Origin: Lama glama
Taxonomy: Eukaryota
Direction: 5' to 3'
NCBI GenBank assembly: GCA_028534125.1
Contig: CM052818.1
Span: forward strand, 18,478,001-18,542,000
Length of the DNA stretch: 64,000 nucleotides
Shown here: positions 25,033-38,705 of the stretch, one piece after another
Layout of the letters: every line of letters starts with the position of its first letter
Position numbering within the stretch: position 1 is the first letter of the stretch
Notes under the pieces: model-generated
Told to the model about the DNA's origin: nothing
Seen by the model: only the letters and a program-made list of their open reading frames with translations
Databases searched by the model: none
Position numbers and translations under genes: made by a program

Positions 25033-26267
25033 AAATAAGATTCCCAGGATACAACAATGTATTCGGGCTTCCAAAGTAGCCTTAACCCACGCAAATTTTT
25101 CATTCTTTGGTGGCCATCTCTCCTAATCCTAAACTTACCCCTGGGCTAAAAATTGTAACATCGTTAGAGGTTAAAGGGACTTTAAAGAACATCTAACTCA
25201 CCATCATCTTTTTATACATAAAAAAGTCAAGTCTAAAATGAAGCAGTGATTTGTCTAAATTTCCACAGTTGTTTGCAGCAAAACACAGACCCTTCTGTGT
25301 AGTCACACAAGAGTAACTGCTGCTCCAAAGCCTGGTTTCCATCTGTCCTTAGCCTGATTTCACTCAGTCTCAATTTAGTTAGCTGTGGCCTTCAGCTATC
25401 TTCTCTGAAGAACTTACTCAAGGTCACACTCTACAGGACCACCTCCAAATTTTGCTTCTGAGGGCCAAGGTGATTCTTAAATCACCTACTAAGTTCCTAA
25501 ATTCAAGGATCCTAAGGGGCTCTCAAGTAACATCCTCTTACACAACTAGCAAAATTAGTTTGCCTTTTAAAGGCCAGTGCATAGGGGAATAACAGCCCCC
25601 TCTCCCACAGCCTGAGGTCCACACTGAAAGGTGGCATTAGGATGAGGCGGGCAGAAGTCAGCATAGGGAGAAGACATCTGCAGAACAAGTCCTCAGGCCT
25701 CTAAATCTACCGCTCGACCTCGTATGAGGTATGAAATTCCACCCTCCTCTAGGTTTAAGACTTTTGTCCTTGTGAAAATGCAAATATCCCTGTCAACTGT
25801 TCCACCAAGCCAGAGCATCAACAGATAGAGAATCAGGGTGTATGGGTGGTGGGAAGGGAAGGGAGAGCAACGAGCAAAGAGGTCTGCTTCAGGGAAGGCG
25901 AGGATGAGAAGGATAAAGGGGGGAAAGAGTTTCTCCAAAAGGTGACACAGCAGAAGACAAAGCAGGGAACCCCAGGAAAGAGGTTGCCCCTTCAGCCGTC
26001 ACCACCCCCACTTCTCTTTTAATGATCAGTTTGCCCTCTCTCCTTGGTCATTCACAGCTACCTTAGAGAGGCTGATCCTGTGATGCCCAGGGCATCTCCA
26101 TCTGCGTAAAAGAGAAGCCAAGCTCACTCCAAGGTGGGATTATTTCATAATCAGCCACCTTCACCCACTCAGGACTCCCACATCTCTGACCCTAAATATC
26201 TACAGGGTGGGGGCTACTTCCCTCCCCAAGAAAGATAAGGGTACTCTTTCAAAAATTCTAAGTTTTA

Positions 26268-26305
26268 GGGGGAGTGCATAGCTCAAGTGGTAGAAAACAT
26301 GCAAA
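26268..26305 (+). mobile_element. 3'-truncated tRNA-derived SINE head (A box only) with TSD
   Basis: GGGGGAGTGCATAGCTCAAGTGGTAGAAAACATGC, flanked by AAAAATTCTAAGTTTTA (26251-26267) and AAAAAATCTATGTTTTA (26306-26322). Confidence 0.75.
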
Positions 26306-26509
26306 AAAAAATCTATGTTTTAAGATGCAACAGAGGAAACACAGGAAAAAAATACCTTCATATCTTCAACCCAACTTTGTTTTAGGAGAAATAGGATTTA
26401 AAAAAAAAAAAAACAGCTGTTGTCTAGTCACCTGGGTTTCGATGTTTGACATACGTATTTTTTTTCTTCTTCCTGTTATCCTTTCATTTTCTGTTTCTCG
26501 ACAGACTAC

Positions 26510-27273
26510 CACAGTGAGTGAGACAAACTGCACAGTCTGCGGATACAGTCCTCATAATCTACTCTCACTTCAGACACCAGTCACAAGTTTGGAGTCTCCA
26601 GGGCCACCCTCGCTTCACACCAGCTGACTAAAAGATTCAAGGATTCCCACAACCACTCTTAGGTTTGATAATTTGCTAGAAAGACTCAGAGGACTCAGGA
26701 AAGTGCTATATTTATGATTACTTTCATTATAGCAAAGGATAAAAATCAGGACCAGCTATAGGAAGAGAAGCACAATATGAGGTCAGAGAACCAAACACAA
26801 AGCTTCTGTCATCCTCCCAGCACTGATGTGGGGCAATTCACCTAAAGTATTGCCAACCAGGGAAGCTCACCCAAGCTTCAGTGTCCAGAGGTTTTAACTG
26901 AGGTTTCATTATGTAGGCATGATTGATTGAATCACTGCCCTCTTGGTTGAACTCAGTTTCCAGTCTCCCTCCCCTCCCTGGAGGTCAAGCTGAGATTAGC
27001 TGCTTCAAACCCCAGCCTCTAATCACATGCTTGGTCTTTTGGCATGGCCAAAAGGTTACCCTACGTCATGTTGTTAGCACAAAATACTTGGGGCTCACTG
27101 TCCACTGTGAGTCACCAAATTAGCATCACCTATGGTCAGGTGTGCTCTGAGGGGCCCCTGTGAATAGCAAAGACTCTCCTATCATTCTGGAGATTCTAAG
27201 GGTTTGTAGGTCACCTCCAGGAGCATAGACAAACACCAGACCTCTCTTTGGGTAAATTTAATTCTTCATTACA
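26510..27273 (-). mobile_element. MER21C-like LTR
   Basis: GGTTTGATAATTTGCTAGAAAGACTCA, GATTGATTGAATCACTG, and terminal CCAGACCTCTCTTTGGGTAAATTTAATTCTTCATTACA. Homologous in reverse orientation to the LTR at 47607. Confidence 0.75.
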
Positions 27274-28519
27274 TATTTACCAAAAAAAAAATGTGTCTGG
27301 CATGTGTTAAAAATGTACAAGTCACTGATAGTACATGGGAAGTTCAACTGCATAGCACAGTTTTGGATTTTGATAAATGTCAACATCCATTGAAAAAAGT
27401 GGATGGTTCCATTGCTTAAATAGCACTTTGGGAGGGGAAATGACCTGCTTTAGCTGACTGTACACCGGGCTTTTTTTTTTAAGAGAGTCAAACCTAATCC
27501 TTCAGCACTGACCTCCTAGATTAGCTGGGAAGAATGAGAGTAGTAGAAGCATGTGTTATTACCTTGAAACCAAATAGCTGGCCCTCAACTAAAAACTGAT
27601 AAATCTCTCCTAAAATAGTCAAGGATTCTCTTTTTTTCTGGCAAAAAACAAAAAACAAAAAACAAAAAACCAGTAGTAAAATATAAAAAATAAAATCATG
27701 TGCCCTTGTGTTGACACTAAGGAGAGATTCCAAATGTGCTCTTCCAGGTCTTGGGAACTGCAGGTTCACAACCTTGCCCTGTGCAGGGCCATCCATCACA
27801 GCCTCTCCTCCATGGTCCTTTCCTTGTCTGATGATCTTATGAAAGGACAGGAAAATTCCTGTCATGACAGATGCTTAAATTAGACCTAGAACACTTTTTT
27901 GAGGTGAGGAACACTGAAGTCTATTGTTCTGTTCTGTTTTAATATTCAGATTAGAGACAGAGGAAAAGGATTTCTAACTAGTGGTCCTATTACTAAAACA
28001 GACCTGCAAATGCTTATGTGGCAGAAAATGAGTGAGCAAATATTTGAATAGGTATTTGAATAGGACTACATCCTGTCATTTTGTCATGAAGGAAAGTTAT
28101 TTCTTAGAGAAACTACATTCCTTAATTATGGGTTAGCTCAGAAGATACTTTTTTGACCCCAAGTTCCTGCTGTGAAATACAGTACTGGGTGTAACTCCAA
28201 CACATAAACATATTCACAAGGCAAATGACACCACAGGAAAAACAACTTACAAGGAGAATTCTAACTTAACAAATGTCCTTCAAAGTTCCAGTCACACAGG
28301 GTGCAGGCCAACAACTCAAACCAATATTGTTTTGATGCCACAATTCTGAGATGGCCAGAGAATACACTGGATGGCAGGACTGGAATCCAGAGTAAAATAT
28401 AAAAGTGTATGAGGGCCCCAACATAACCACATATATTTCAACAGACATAAACTCAATTTTCAAGTGTAAGATGTAGAAGATATACTTAATAACTAAAGGT
28501 AAAAACTGGGAGTCATAAA

Positions 28520-29130
28520 GACAATGTAGCTACCCCCAAAGAGAGTAAAAGCAAACTTGGGCTGTATCAACAGCAAATCAGTGTCCAGAGGCAGGAAGGG
28601 GAGTGTCTGATCCACTCTACACAGGTAGCACTTCCAGGTGTCACCACACACTTTGAATAGGAGTATAGGACCCAGGGATGAGTCCAAGAACAATCCATGA
28701 GACTCAACCTGAGAAGTATCAGCCCAGAGAAAAGAGGGACATATGGTAGACTTCAAAGATCTGAAGGGCTTCACCAAGCAAAGGCATTAGGTTGTGCAGT
28801 TCCCAAACTTTCCAAACCAAAAATCAGGACACGTCCCATGACAAAGAGTATTTGTGCCACTTTCAAGCGTGAGAAACAATCTAGGGCATGTGGTTTGAAT
28901 ATCGAAAGTTGAAAATTTCCAGGACCTTGAGATGTTTTATAAGGACAGTAAATATCTGAAATCAGATATTGTGTTCTAGACAATCTGGGGCTTAAGATTG
29001 TATAATACCATTACAGTGAATGAGTATAAATTCTAGGATTATAAATTCTAGTTCAGTATGAGGGAAAATATTTTAACTGAAAGAGTTATCCAAAGATCAA
29101 ATATTCCACCTCAGGAGGAAGAAATTTTCA
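28520..29130 (+). mobile_element. CR1/L3-like LINE 3' fragment
   Basis: TTGGGCTGTATCAACAGCAAATCAGTGTCCAGA and AGCCCAGAGAAAAGAGGGACATATGGTAGACTTCAAAGATCTGAAGGGCT resemble the L3/CR1 RT 3' end. Confidence 0.5.
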
Positions 29131-29679
29131 TAATAGATATTTATTGTGAATCTGTTATATAAAAAACATTACCTGGCCCTTAAGCCATTTCAGGTCTAGA
29201 ATGGAAGCCAAGCAAAGGAATAGGCAACTATAATATCCAGGGTGAAAAACTGTATGATAGAGACAAGAAAAGTGTAGGATGGAAGCCTGGGGAGTAGAAG
29301 GGAGGGGCAACAACATTTGAGTTTAATCTCAAGGTTTGTTTGCAGAATGGAAAATCTTAGATTGTGATCACCCAGAAATAGAGATACAAGTGGAGAGGGC
29401 ATTGCCATAACACAGGAAGGATATGGCGATGGCTCAAGTGAGGGCAGAAGTAATGGGGACAGAGTAGCGGGTAAATGTGATATTCATTAAGGAAGTAGAA
29501 TAAATAGGACTTGGACTGGTGGATGAGGAAGAAGGGTGTCAATGATGGCTGGGCTTCCTTGAAATTTGGTAGGACCATTCCCCAAGACAGAGAAGAGACA
29601 GCACGCAGAGTTGCTAAAGATGAGTTCAGTTCTGACCTGACTGAATCTTAGAGTAGATATAAAAAAAAAAAAAAACTCA

Positions 29680-30425
29680 CATGCATATGTATCTACAATG
29701 GAATATGACTTAGCCTTAAAAAAGAAGGAAATAATGCCATTTGCAGCAACATGGATGGACCTGGAGATTAATCAAACTATGGGAAGTAAGTCAGACAGAG
29801 AAAGACAAATATCATATGATATCACTTATACGTGGTACACAAATGAACTTATTTACAAAACAGAAATAGACTATATCAACTATACCAGAAATTCCATGTC
29901 TGGATATATACCAAAAGAATCAAGAGCAGGGATGCAAGCAGATACATCAATGTTCAGAGCAGCATTACGCACAATAGCCAAAGGTGGAACAACTCAAATG
30001 TTCATTAACAGATGAGTGGATAAGCAAAATGTGAGATATACATAGAGTGGAATATTATTCAACCTTAAAAAGGAATGAAATTCTGTCACATGCTACAACA
30101 TGGATGAATTTTGAAGACATTATGCTAAGTGAAATTGCCAGACAGAAGAGGAAAAATATTACATGATTCTACTTAGGATGTTATCTAGAGACACAAAGTA
30201 GAATAATGGTTACCAGGAGCTGGGGTGGGGTTGGCGATGATAGACAGTTATTGTTTAATAGGTACAGAGTTTCAGTTTGGGAAGATGAAAAAGTTCTAGA
30301 GATGGATGGTGGTGATGGTTGCACAACAATGGAAATGTACTGAATACTGAATGCTGCTAACAGTGCACTTGAAAATGGTTAAAATGGTAAATTTTATGTT
30401 AAATATATTTTATCACAATAAAGAA
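29680..30425 (+). mobile_element. Two abutting L1 3' fragments (younger type 29680-29870, L1MB-like 29875-30425)
   Basis: GCCATTTGCAGCAACATGGATGGACC occurs in the first piece. A second TGCTACAACATGGATGAA...GATGGATGGTGGTGATGGTTGCACAACA...TTTTATCACAATAAA follows. Confidence 0.8.
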
Positions 30426-33400
30426 ATAAATACTGTTGGAAAAAGTTTGGCTAGGGAGGGAAGGAAAGGTACTGAATGGTGGATAAAGGGAGACATGATA
30501 TTTGGTTGGTGTCCTTCTTCCTTTTTTTCTTCCCTTTTTTTAAGAATAGGGAAGACTTGAGCATGCTTAACAGCTCAGTGAAAAGAATCTGTGTAGATTT
30601 GGAGTTTGACAAAGCTGAGTGGAGGATAGCTGGTAGAGAGCTGTGTCTACCTGAGCCAGGCCATGGTGGATGTGTTAAAGACAGCCTGGGTAAAGCCCTT
30701 GTCCAGATGATACAGACTAGGATGGGTGACTCCCTTCCCTTCCTTACAAAACCATCATGCCTCAAAAATGGCTACCAAGTAAAATACGTCAGTTGACAAG
30801 AGCATTCATCAATCACTTACCACTTATGTATTTATCAGTCAATCTGCTTAGTGAACAAGTTGGAGGAAAGAGTGTTTTTAGATAGATTATATGGTCAAAA
30901 GACTGATAATCTGTTTTAATTGCAAACTTGACTGCATTTTTTTCATTGCTATTTTTCTAAAGGGTGGAATATAAATACTTCTTCTGGGGTGGTTTGAAGA
31001 GCAAATTCTCTTGTCTTTATGGAAAAAGAACCAGTTTCTGGGCTCCGGGCTCCTGGGGTCATTGGAGTCTATTGTGAATGGACAGCAGGAGGACTGGTTT
31101 GAGGGCAGTAGAAGTAGAACAGGAAAAGGAAAGAGGAGCATCTCCAAGAAAAACAGAAAGAAAGATGATTTTCCCCAAACTCATAGAGATCAGAATTTAG
31201 TGAATTTTGCTCACTCTTCACCATTTAATTAGCCCATGAATTCTGCCCCCATCCAGGATGGTACATAACCTCCAAGAGAGGAGGGACCCTCATCACTGTA
31301 CAGGACAGTGGAGCAAAAGCCCCCATACCTGTGTTTAGATGGGAGAGAGAGGAAAACAGCATTCTGGAAACCTGGTCTGAGACAGAGGTGACACCTTTGT
31401 TACCTAAGTTAAAATAATTAATCAGAATTACATAATCTCACTAAAATTTGATGTGCTTTGGAAAATATGATGGTATTGATTTGGGGAAACAAAGGCAACT
31501 TTGGCATCTAGAAAACCAAATTTTTTTTATCGTACTAAAATAGCAACTCTTTGTACCAGGTTTGATATGAAAGAGTGGGCAAACTTTCTTTAAACGGTCC
31601 TCAGAGACATGAACCACATCATTTTACAAATACGAAAATCACCAGAAAAATACTGCAATTATTCTTTATTTTTCAACCCCTTACATTCACCACCACATTC
31701 ATCTCTATTACAGCAAGCGTAATTATGGATAATGTGAAAGAGAGGAAATAACTATTTAGGTACCATTTTTCTAGCTTTTCTCTGTTGGATACTGACCTAC
31801 ACCTAAAATGATCTTGCATCTCCTTGTTTCCCTTATTCAGAAATCCCAAGGACAGCCTTGGCCTCCGATCCAAGCAGGGTCTGATCCCGCATTACTCTGG
31901 CAAGACTCAAGGTCTTGGAGTCTGTGTGTTTCCATGACAACCAGCCAACATTACAGAGTCTGCCTCTTTGTAAGGCATTGTACTGCTTCTTTCTGGAGGA
32001 AAAGAGGGAAAGGAGAGGAAAGGAGAAAGTGGAGCAGGTGGGGAAAGTAAGAGGGAGAAGAAGTAAGAGTAGGGAACCCGGAGCAGAGAAGGAGGTGGAA
32101 ACCCACTGAATATGAAACCAATGCACCAAACAGCCTTTAAAGTATATGAACATCATTCATGATCAGGAAGACTTTTAAAATAAGCTTTCTGTTATAATTA
32201 TCCTCTTTTCCTTTCTCTATTTCTCTCTCTCTTTCACTCTGAATTCCCAGCACCCCGGATTTTCTCAATGTTTTATCTACAGGAAAGTTCTCCTTGGAAT
32301 ACCAATCAAGCAGCACTCTAAAGTTTTCTCCCTTTCCTTTTCAACATTTAATATATATAAATGAGCAGGGGGTCAACTAGAGCTGGATGAAATAACTAAT
32401 CATTACAGTGCCCAAACTGCAGCCCCCTGGTGCATGGGAAATTGCTTTTTACTGTGACCGAATGTGTGAAGGGCGCACCCAGAGCCTTACTGGGATCAGG
32501 AACACAGGTATCCGTCACACTGCAGTCTCGCAGCAACTCAGAAAACTCATGAGACCAGATGGATCCTAAAGATACTGCAGAAATACACACACACACACAC
32601 AATTTGTTCTCTGAGCAGTTCCTCACCCCAACACTGTCCCTTAACACCATCTACTCTCCCTCCTTTTCGATTGATTGAAAGTGACACAGTGTTGTTCCAA
32701 AGTTCTTTAGTTCTGTGTTTCCATTTACAAGCAATTACTTCAAAACTGTATAAAAATTGCAGTAAAATACTGCTTAGTTCTTGAGAATCTGTTATATCTC
32801 TTCCAAGGGAAGGTTGGAGAATAGGAGAATGAAAAGCCACACCACATTCTCCAGAAAAATCTGTGCTAATAAGCATGGGGTGAGAAACAGGCACTTCACG
32901 TTTCATAACAGTTATGTTTTTCAATCGTGTCCCTTTAAATTTCCAAAGACACAGTGAGATATTTTTCAGCCTACTTTGGTTTTTACAGAGAAATCTGAGG
33001 ACATCGGATTTAATGATAAAAGCAAACAATTTAGGAACAAATTAATTGGTTATATTATTCTCTACTCCCCCTCCCCCTTCTCCTCTCAGTCACACTAAAG
33101 TGCTGGAAGAAATGCTAATGAGGAAGACACAGAAATCCGCCCCACCCCTGGCCTGCACCCAGCAGGCAGGGGAAATCGCTGAACCCTCCAGGGAGAGGAT
33201 GCGGGGCAGCAGGAGAGGAGGATGAGCAAGAGGTGGAGGGCGAGTCCCCTGAGAATCTGAGGAGGGTGGGAAATTAAAAAATAGGGAGAGAAGGTGGAGA
33301 AGAGCAGGGAAAGGCAGAGGAGGGTGAAGAAAGAAGAAAACGAACAGGGATACTTTTTTAAAAAGAAACGGAAGGGGTAAAGCAGGAGAAATGAAAGGAA

Positions 33401-35432
33401 CAAAGGGTGAAAGAGCAAGAAGCAAATAACAACATATAGAGTCAGAAAGAAATGATCAGAGGAGAAACGGTAGTATGGGGCAGATGACATTAAATCTCTG
33501 ACACAACCATGCCTGGCAGTAAGACCCTGCTCTCATCTCAAAGGCAGGCATAGAAGCCTTCTTGCTCTCGGGTCCTTTGAACACTTGAGCCAGAGCCCCT
33601 GAGGATGATCTGATTAATGAGATGTGGCAGGACCTCATTCCATCTTAATGATTCAGGATTTTCCTTTCACTTCTGCATGTGGTTATGGATCCTTTATCTG
33701 CTTTATCCACAGAGCCTAATGAATTCCTGTTAAGTCTTTATAGCAGTTGTCCCTTCCACTTAAATCTTCCCCTGATCCTATTTACTGGAGTTTACAGTTC
33801 AGAGTGTTATGTGCTAAATTGTTTGTGGTTTTACAACCATCACTAAGTGCTGACTTTGGAAAGTGGTTGAGTTGCCAGAAGGAGACTCCTCAGGGATAAG
33901 GAGTAAATGGAGCTGGATGGATACATAATGCTTCCTGTCTTCCTCCACCTGCTCTGCCTGTGGTCCTGGGAGGAGAGATTCAGCATCACAGAGGGGGCTT
34001 CCTAGGACCTCTACTTCCCTAAGTTTTGAACGGCAGGGAGATCAAGGAAATGGACTGTCAGTCAGGAGGTCTAAATTTGTCCCACTTTGCCATGACTAAC
34101 CAGGTGAACTTGGGCAAGTCATTGAAGCTTTCTGAGCTCCTGTTTTTTCATCTCTAAGTTGGGATCAGTACACCTCCTTCTTCTGCACCAGAGTTCAGAG
34201 AGGGGAAATGATTTTTTAAAAATCTGACTGCTGCAGAAGATGATACTAAGGTATTGAAGATAAAGAAGAACAGGTAAACTGGAGCCAGGTGACAGATGCC
34301 TTGAATCTCTCTATGCTTCTCAGTTCCTCACCTGTAAAGTGGGTGGAAATTATGCCAGTTCTTCTCTTCACAGGTTAGTTGAAAGGCTGCTTTTGCTCTT
34401 TGGATTAATACATACAGGAGGACTTTTTCCCTGCTTTAATCATCCATACCCTTCCTGTAATCCCAGTCCTTCAATGTCTTGTCTCCTGAATTCCCCTGGT
34501 CTGCATATGGTCCTATCTCTGTTATGGCTAAAGGAGCCCCAAGGAAATCTCTGACTCATCACAGTGCTGCTCACTGTAGGATATTCTAAATCATTTTATC
34601 GGGAGGTCTAGGTCCTCAGAGAATGATGCTGAACACACCTCTGTCAGATAGGTTTGCTGCAAAAACAGAGGCCTGTTAAGACACAACAGCAGCATTTGGG
34701 AAGACTGGTTTTGGTGTGCTGCCTTTCCTGTGTCTCTTTCTTTCTGTCCTTGTCTTCAGTGATGATAAAGTTCTCAACTCTGGTGACCATTTTTAGGCAT
34801 TCCACTGATAGTGAAATTTTCAGACAGGAGAGATACCCTGACAATGTGAGCTGTAACATACTGTTAACATAACTTAAGTATCTTACCAGGTCTGTGCGTT
34901 TATGTTCAAACCCTAAATTTTAGGAACATTAGATCCCTAATATTTTGTTGCTTAATTTTTAACTTTTAAAGTTAACATAGTTTCTGGAATACATACCTGC
35001 CCTCCCCCCCAAAATATCCATTGATATGGAATAGAGGAATGAATGATTGAGCTAATTATCTAGAATAAAATGCAAATACTACAAAGAATGATAACTCATT
35101 AAACAGTCTTATTAGTCTTTAATGCCTTGGTTTGAAAGCAAGTTTCTGCAGAGAACAAAAATAGGAGGGAAATATACAATTGTTGGGTGTGTACTATATA
35201 TGTTTAGTGCCATGCTAGATATGTTATACATATATTTATGTATGATTAATATATTTAGTTCTCACAATTACCCAAGAGATCATTAAACTAATGCTCATTA
35301 TACATTTGAGATGAGGCTGAGAAAGTTTACATGACTTGCCTTGAGTAACAAAGTAGGTAGAAATGGGAAAAGTTAAGAGGGTACTAGAGCTTGGAGAAAG
35401 TGTAGCAAGGAAACACTGAGAAGGACAATGGC

Positions 35433-36490
35433 CTGGGCCCCTACTTACACCAGTCACAAAAATTAACTCCAAATAAATTAGAAACTTAAATCTAAGACAG
35501 ATCATAAAAACTTCTAGAAGATAACACAGGGAAAAGACTCCTTGATACTGATCTTGGCAATATTTGGAAATATCACCAAAAGCACAAGCAACAAAAGTGA
35601 AAATAAACAAGTGGGATGACATCAGACTACAAGGTTTCTGCACAGCAAAAGGAACAATCAACAAAATGCAAAGGCAACCTACTGAATGGGAGAAAATATT
35701 TGCAAATCATATATCTGATATGGCGTTATATCCAGAATACACAAGGATCTATGTAACTCATAGCAAAAAACCCAAATAATCCAAATAAAATATGGGCAGA
35801 GGAACTGCGTAGACATTTGTCCAAAGAAGACATATCAACAGTCCAATAGGTGCATGTAAAGGTACTCACGTCATTAATTATCAAGGAAATGAAAATCAAA
35901 ACCACCATGAGCTGTCACCTCACACCTGTTAAAATGGCTATTATCAAAAAGCAAGACACAACAAGTGCTAGAAAGGATGTGAAAAAAAAGGAACCCCTTC
36001 TCCACTGTTGGTGGGAATGTAACTTGGTACAATCATTATGGAAAGCAGCATGGAGGTGCCTCAAAAAATTAAAACTAGAACTACATTTTATCCAGCAATT
36101 CCACTTCTGAGTATATATCCGAAGGAAATGAAATAACTATCTCAAAGAGATATCTGCACCCCCACATTCACTGTAGCATCGTTTACAGTAGCCAAGATGT
36201 GGAAACAACTAAGTGTCTATCAACAGATGAATGGACAAAGAAAAAGTGAGAATATATAAATATACATATATATGTATTCATATACATGGAATATTTTTCA
36301 GCCTTAAAAAGAAGGAGATCTTGCCATTGCAATAACATGGATGGAACTTGAGGGCTTTATGCTAAGTGAACTAAGGCAGACAGAGAAAGACAAACACTGT
36401 ATGATCTCAGTTATATGTATACGGAATTTAAGAAAAACTGAACTCATAGAAACGGAGTGTTGATTGGTGGTTATCAGGGGCTGAGGGGAG
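35433..36490 (+). mobile_element. L1 (L1MA-like) ORF2 C-terminus and 3' UTR, frameshifted
   Basis: Translations include SPKAQATKVKINKWDDIRLQGFCTAKGTINKMQRQPTEWEKIFANHISD and LIIKEMKIKTTMSCHLTPVKMAIIKK...LLHCWWECNLVQSLWK, characteristic of L1 ORF2p. Confidence 0.92.
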
Positions 36491-38056
36491 GGACTTTTGG
36501 ATACTGGAGTCATCTGAGCACCTTCCCCGTCAGAAAAGAAGTAGGAGAAAGAGAACAAGTGAAGACATAAGAAGTAGAGGACACCTGACAGCTTTCTCTA
36601 AAAGATCCACCAGATAATGTAAGGAGAAGGCTACCTTACAATGCTTAACGTAGAATTTAACTTACAAACATTTTATTTTCTGAAAAACACATATTTCCTA
36701 AAGTAAGGTATGCCAGCACTAAATGGTTTGTTGTCTTAGCAGGTGACTGAAGGGCAGCATGGCCAAAAATTCAGCAACATTCTTCTGTCAATAACCCTAG
36801 TATCCTGCCAGGATCTGCTATCTAATGCTTAAGTTGGTGTTTAATTTCATGTAAAAGTGCAAGTCGATAAAGAATGACTAATGGTGAGCTGATTCAAAAA
36901 CATCTTCACTAAGGCATTTCTATCAGGTCTTGTCAGAATTTGTAAAAGTCCATGTGATTGTCAGAGAGGGAACAAAAGTTACTGAATATACTACTACTAT
37001 CTGAATGAGAAAAGGTTTTATTAAAGGATATAAAAAAGGTTTTATTAAAGGATCAGACTTGGAAATTGCCACTCCCCGTTTTATTTAGAGGACAAAGACA
37101 AAATAAACACATTCCTGTGCAAATATTGCCAATAACTTAATAACTTGAATCTTATTGTGGTACCACAGATTATTGTCTTAAATACTTGGGGCTCCAACTT
37201 TCATTAATTTAAACACAGTGTGTTCATTTGGACATTCACTTTTAATCAGCCTCTACAAATAAGCCTGATTACCTTGTGTATTAATAATAATAATCAATTT
37301 GCTAATGACTTCTTTTCCCTCTTAAGTTACAGGATCAAGCACAGCCGTTTAATCATACTCATTAGCATTTTTCCACCAGAGAAACGAAACAAAATGCAAA
37401 TGCAAGGGCTCATTTTTCAATGCATATCCACACAAGCTTGTCAATAAATTTCCCTCTTCTTTTCTTGCTGTTCCACTTTTACCTCCAGGTTCAAAAGCCA
37501 CTTACTATAGCCTTCAAAATGTACTAGATCCTATGTCAGATAATCATCATGGGGAGTGCAGGGGCCAGAGCACTTGGGCCATCATAATTATCATTAATTG
37601 TAGCAACAGCTGCTGTTGCTGTTGAACACTCATGGCTCGGGCTGTTTACAAACCCCATATATATCTCAGATAAAACTTAAGAGTTACGTACTCAGAGTAT
37701 TTCCGTTTGGCAGATAAGGAAACTGAGACCGAGAGAGATCAAGTAAGTAGCAAGTGGCAGAGCTCTTATCTCTCTGCCTCCAAAGATGATGCTCCGGATC
37801 ACTGTCCTGCCCCACTCACTTATAAATCATTCACATTAGGTCACAAGAGCCCTGGCTATAAGACTTTCAGAAAGGAACTGTCCCAGGTCAAGAGCCATCT
37901 TAGACTAAATTAGATTAAGAAAGTGGATGCCATTCTGAATCCATCCATAGTCATGTTGAGTACCAGGTAAAAGGACCAGCTCCTGAGACCCTGAGGGCTC
38001 TGACAGCAGCAACCCAAGGTCACTAACTACTGTATATAAAATACATAAATGGCAAG

Positions 38057-38218
38057 TTTGTACTGTATAGCACAGGGACCTATATTCAGTACCTTGTAGT
38101 AACCTATAATGAAAAGGAATATGAAAATGAATATATGTATGTATATGTATGACTGAACTATTATGTATATGTATGACTGAATTGTAAACGGATTATACTT
38201 CAATTAAAAAAAAAAAAA
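38057..38218 (+). mobile_element. Young L1 3' tail
   Basis: TACTGTATAGCACAGGGACCTATATTCAGTACCTTGTAG...ATACTTCAATT followed by poly(A). Internal TATGTATGACTGAA duplication. Confidence 0.85.
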
Positions 38219-38705
38219 CCCTGCAGTCAGAAGTAGCTTCCACCCACTCGGTCCTTGATTGAGCCACAAACCAGCCCAGTGGCCCAAAGATAGCAGCAGG
38301 GAGTGCTCAGGGGTTGAGAAAGCCCTGGTGGCCAGGAGCAGGGTGTTGAGAGAAGTCCGGTGTCACTCTAGATAAGACACTGGGACCCCAATATGTTAAA
38401 AGCTTAAAGGGATGATCAGTCCCAGGTGAGGTGGTAGGGAAGCTATACAACACCACTGCCTCAGCTTCTATCTTTTCCTGCCTCATCAAATCCACCACTC
38501 CAGTCTGCCTGTTCACCTTTCCACTGTGGTCCCTGCCCAAGATGCAGTTCTGGGCACCTGCCTGTGGAATCCCACTCATGTCCAGCCATGAGCCTCAAGC
38601 CATTTATGATTCCCTAGCCTAACACCTTTGACCATGCACTAGATCTGGCCCCATTAGCTCCACTCCTGATCCCTTGGATAAGACAACTGTCCATCTCATT
38701 GCTCC

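Noticed and set aside
35564..36110. ORFs with recognisable protein similarity
   Set aside because: Frameshifted L1 ORF2 remnants, not host genes or an active element.
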